From: Raillietiella orientalis
Taxonomy: Eukaryota
Assembly (NCBI GenBank): GCA_036172245.1
Contig: JAYWIR010000014.1
Location: 1,798,001-1,862,000, forward strand
Length of the DNA: 64,000 nucleotides
Direction: 5' to 3'
Below, piece after piece: positions 63,539 through 64,000 of the stretch (the stretch's first letter is position 1; each line of letters opens with the position of its first letter). Made by a program: the position numbers and the translations under genes. Under the pieces are notes generated by a model that searched no databases, was not told the DNA's origin, and saw only the letters and a list, made by a program, of their open reading frames with translations.

Positions 63539-64000
63539 GCGGAGGAGGTAGGAGAAGAAAATGGGAGGGGCTCTCGGAGGTCGAGGTCACCCAGGAACAA
63601 ACACCTCGTCCACCAGCTCAACTCCGAAAAAGGGGGGATCAGGAAGGGACTTCCTAGTAAACGACAAGAAAGCTGCCTCCGCATGCGTCCGGATCCGCCA
63701 GAGGAACGCCTAATCACGGTCGACTCCCTTTCTTTCTCCTCTCCTCCCCCCCTCCCAAGACCGGAATGAATTACCACGGTGCCACCGCAAGAGGAGCGAC
63801 TGATTCCTAGAGGTCAAATGGACCACCCTAACGGGAGTGGAGCTTGGCTGGCCGCGAGGACATCGTCTCCGGAGGCGGTGGTCTCCTGAGGAGACAATGG
63901 CGGTACTGGGACAGCAGCAGTGAGAGCATCACCATCCACAAGAAGGGAAACCTCTGCACCCTCACATGGCTCTCGCAGAGGGTGCAGAGGTTGCTCTGCA

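Overview
GC-rich metazoan genomic DNA, probably arthropod (inferred from the rdgA-type N-terminus). The window is dominated by one minus-strand, intron-rich gene: a type IV diacylglycerol kinase (Drosophila rdgA / vertebrate DGKZ-DGKI family). I reconstructed nine coding exons (60058 down to 1890) with GT-AG boundaries and consistent phases. They encode a Ser-rich N-terminus, two C1 zinc fingers, a MARCKS-like basic segment, the catalytic DAGKc domain and the start of DAGKa; the 3' part probably lies beyond the left edge. The introns (up to about 19 kb) hold a tRNA-derived SINE-like family (5 copies, both orientations), a second ~230 bp element, heavily decayed non-LTR retrotransposon fossils, a perfect 40 bp palindrome and MEF2/CRE-like motifs. 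A near-identical 1.29 kb direct duplication brackets the first coding exon. Nearly all other ORFs in the track appear spurious. No prokaryotic or CRISPR features were seen.
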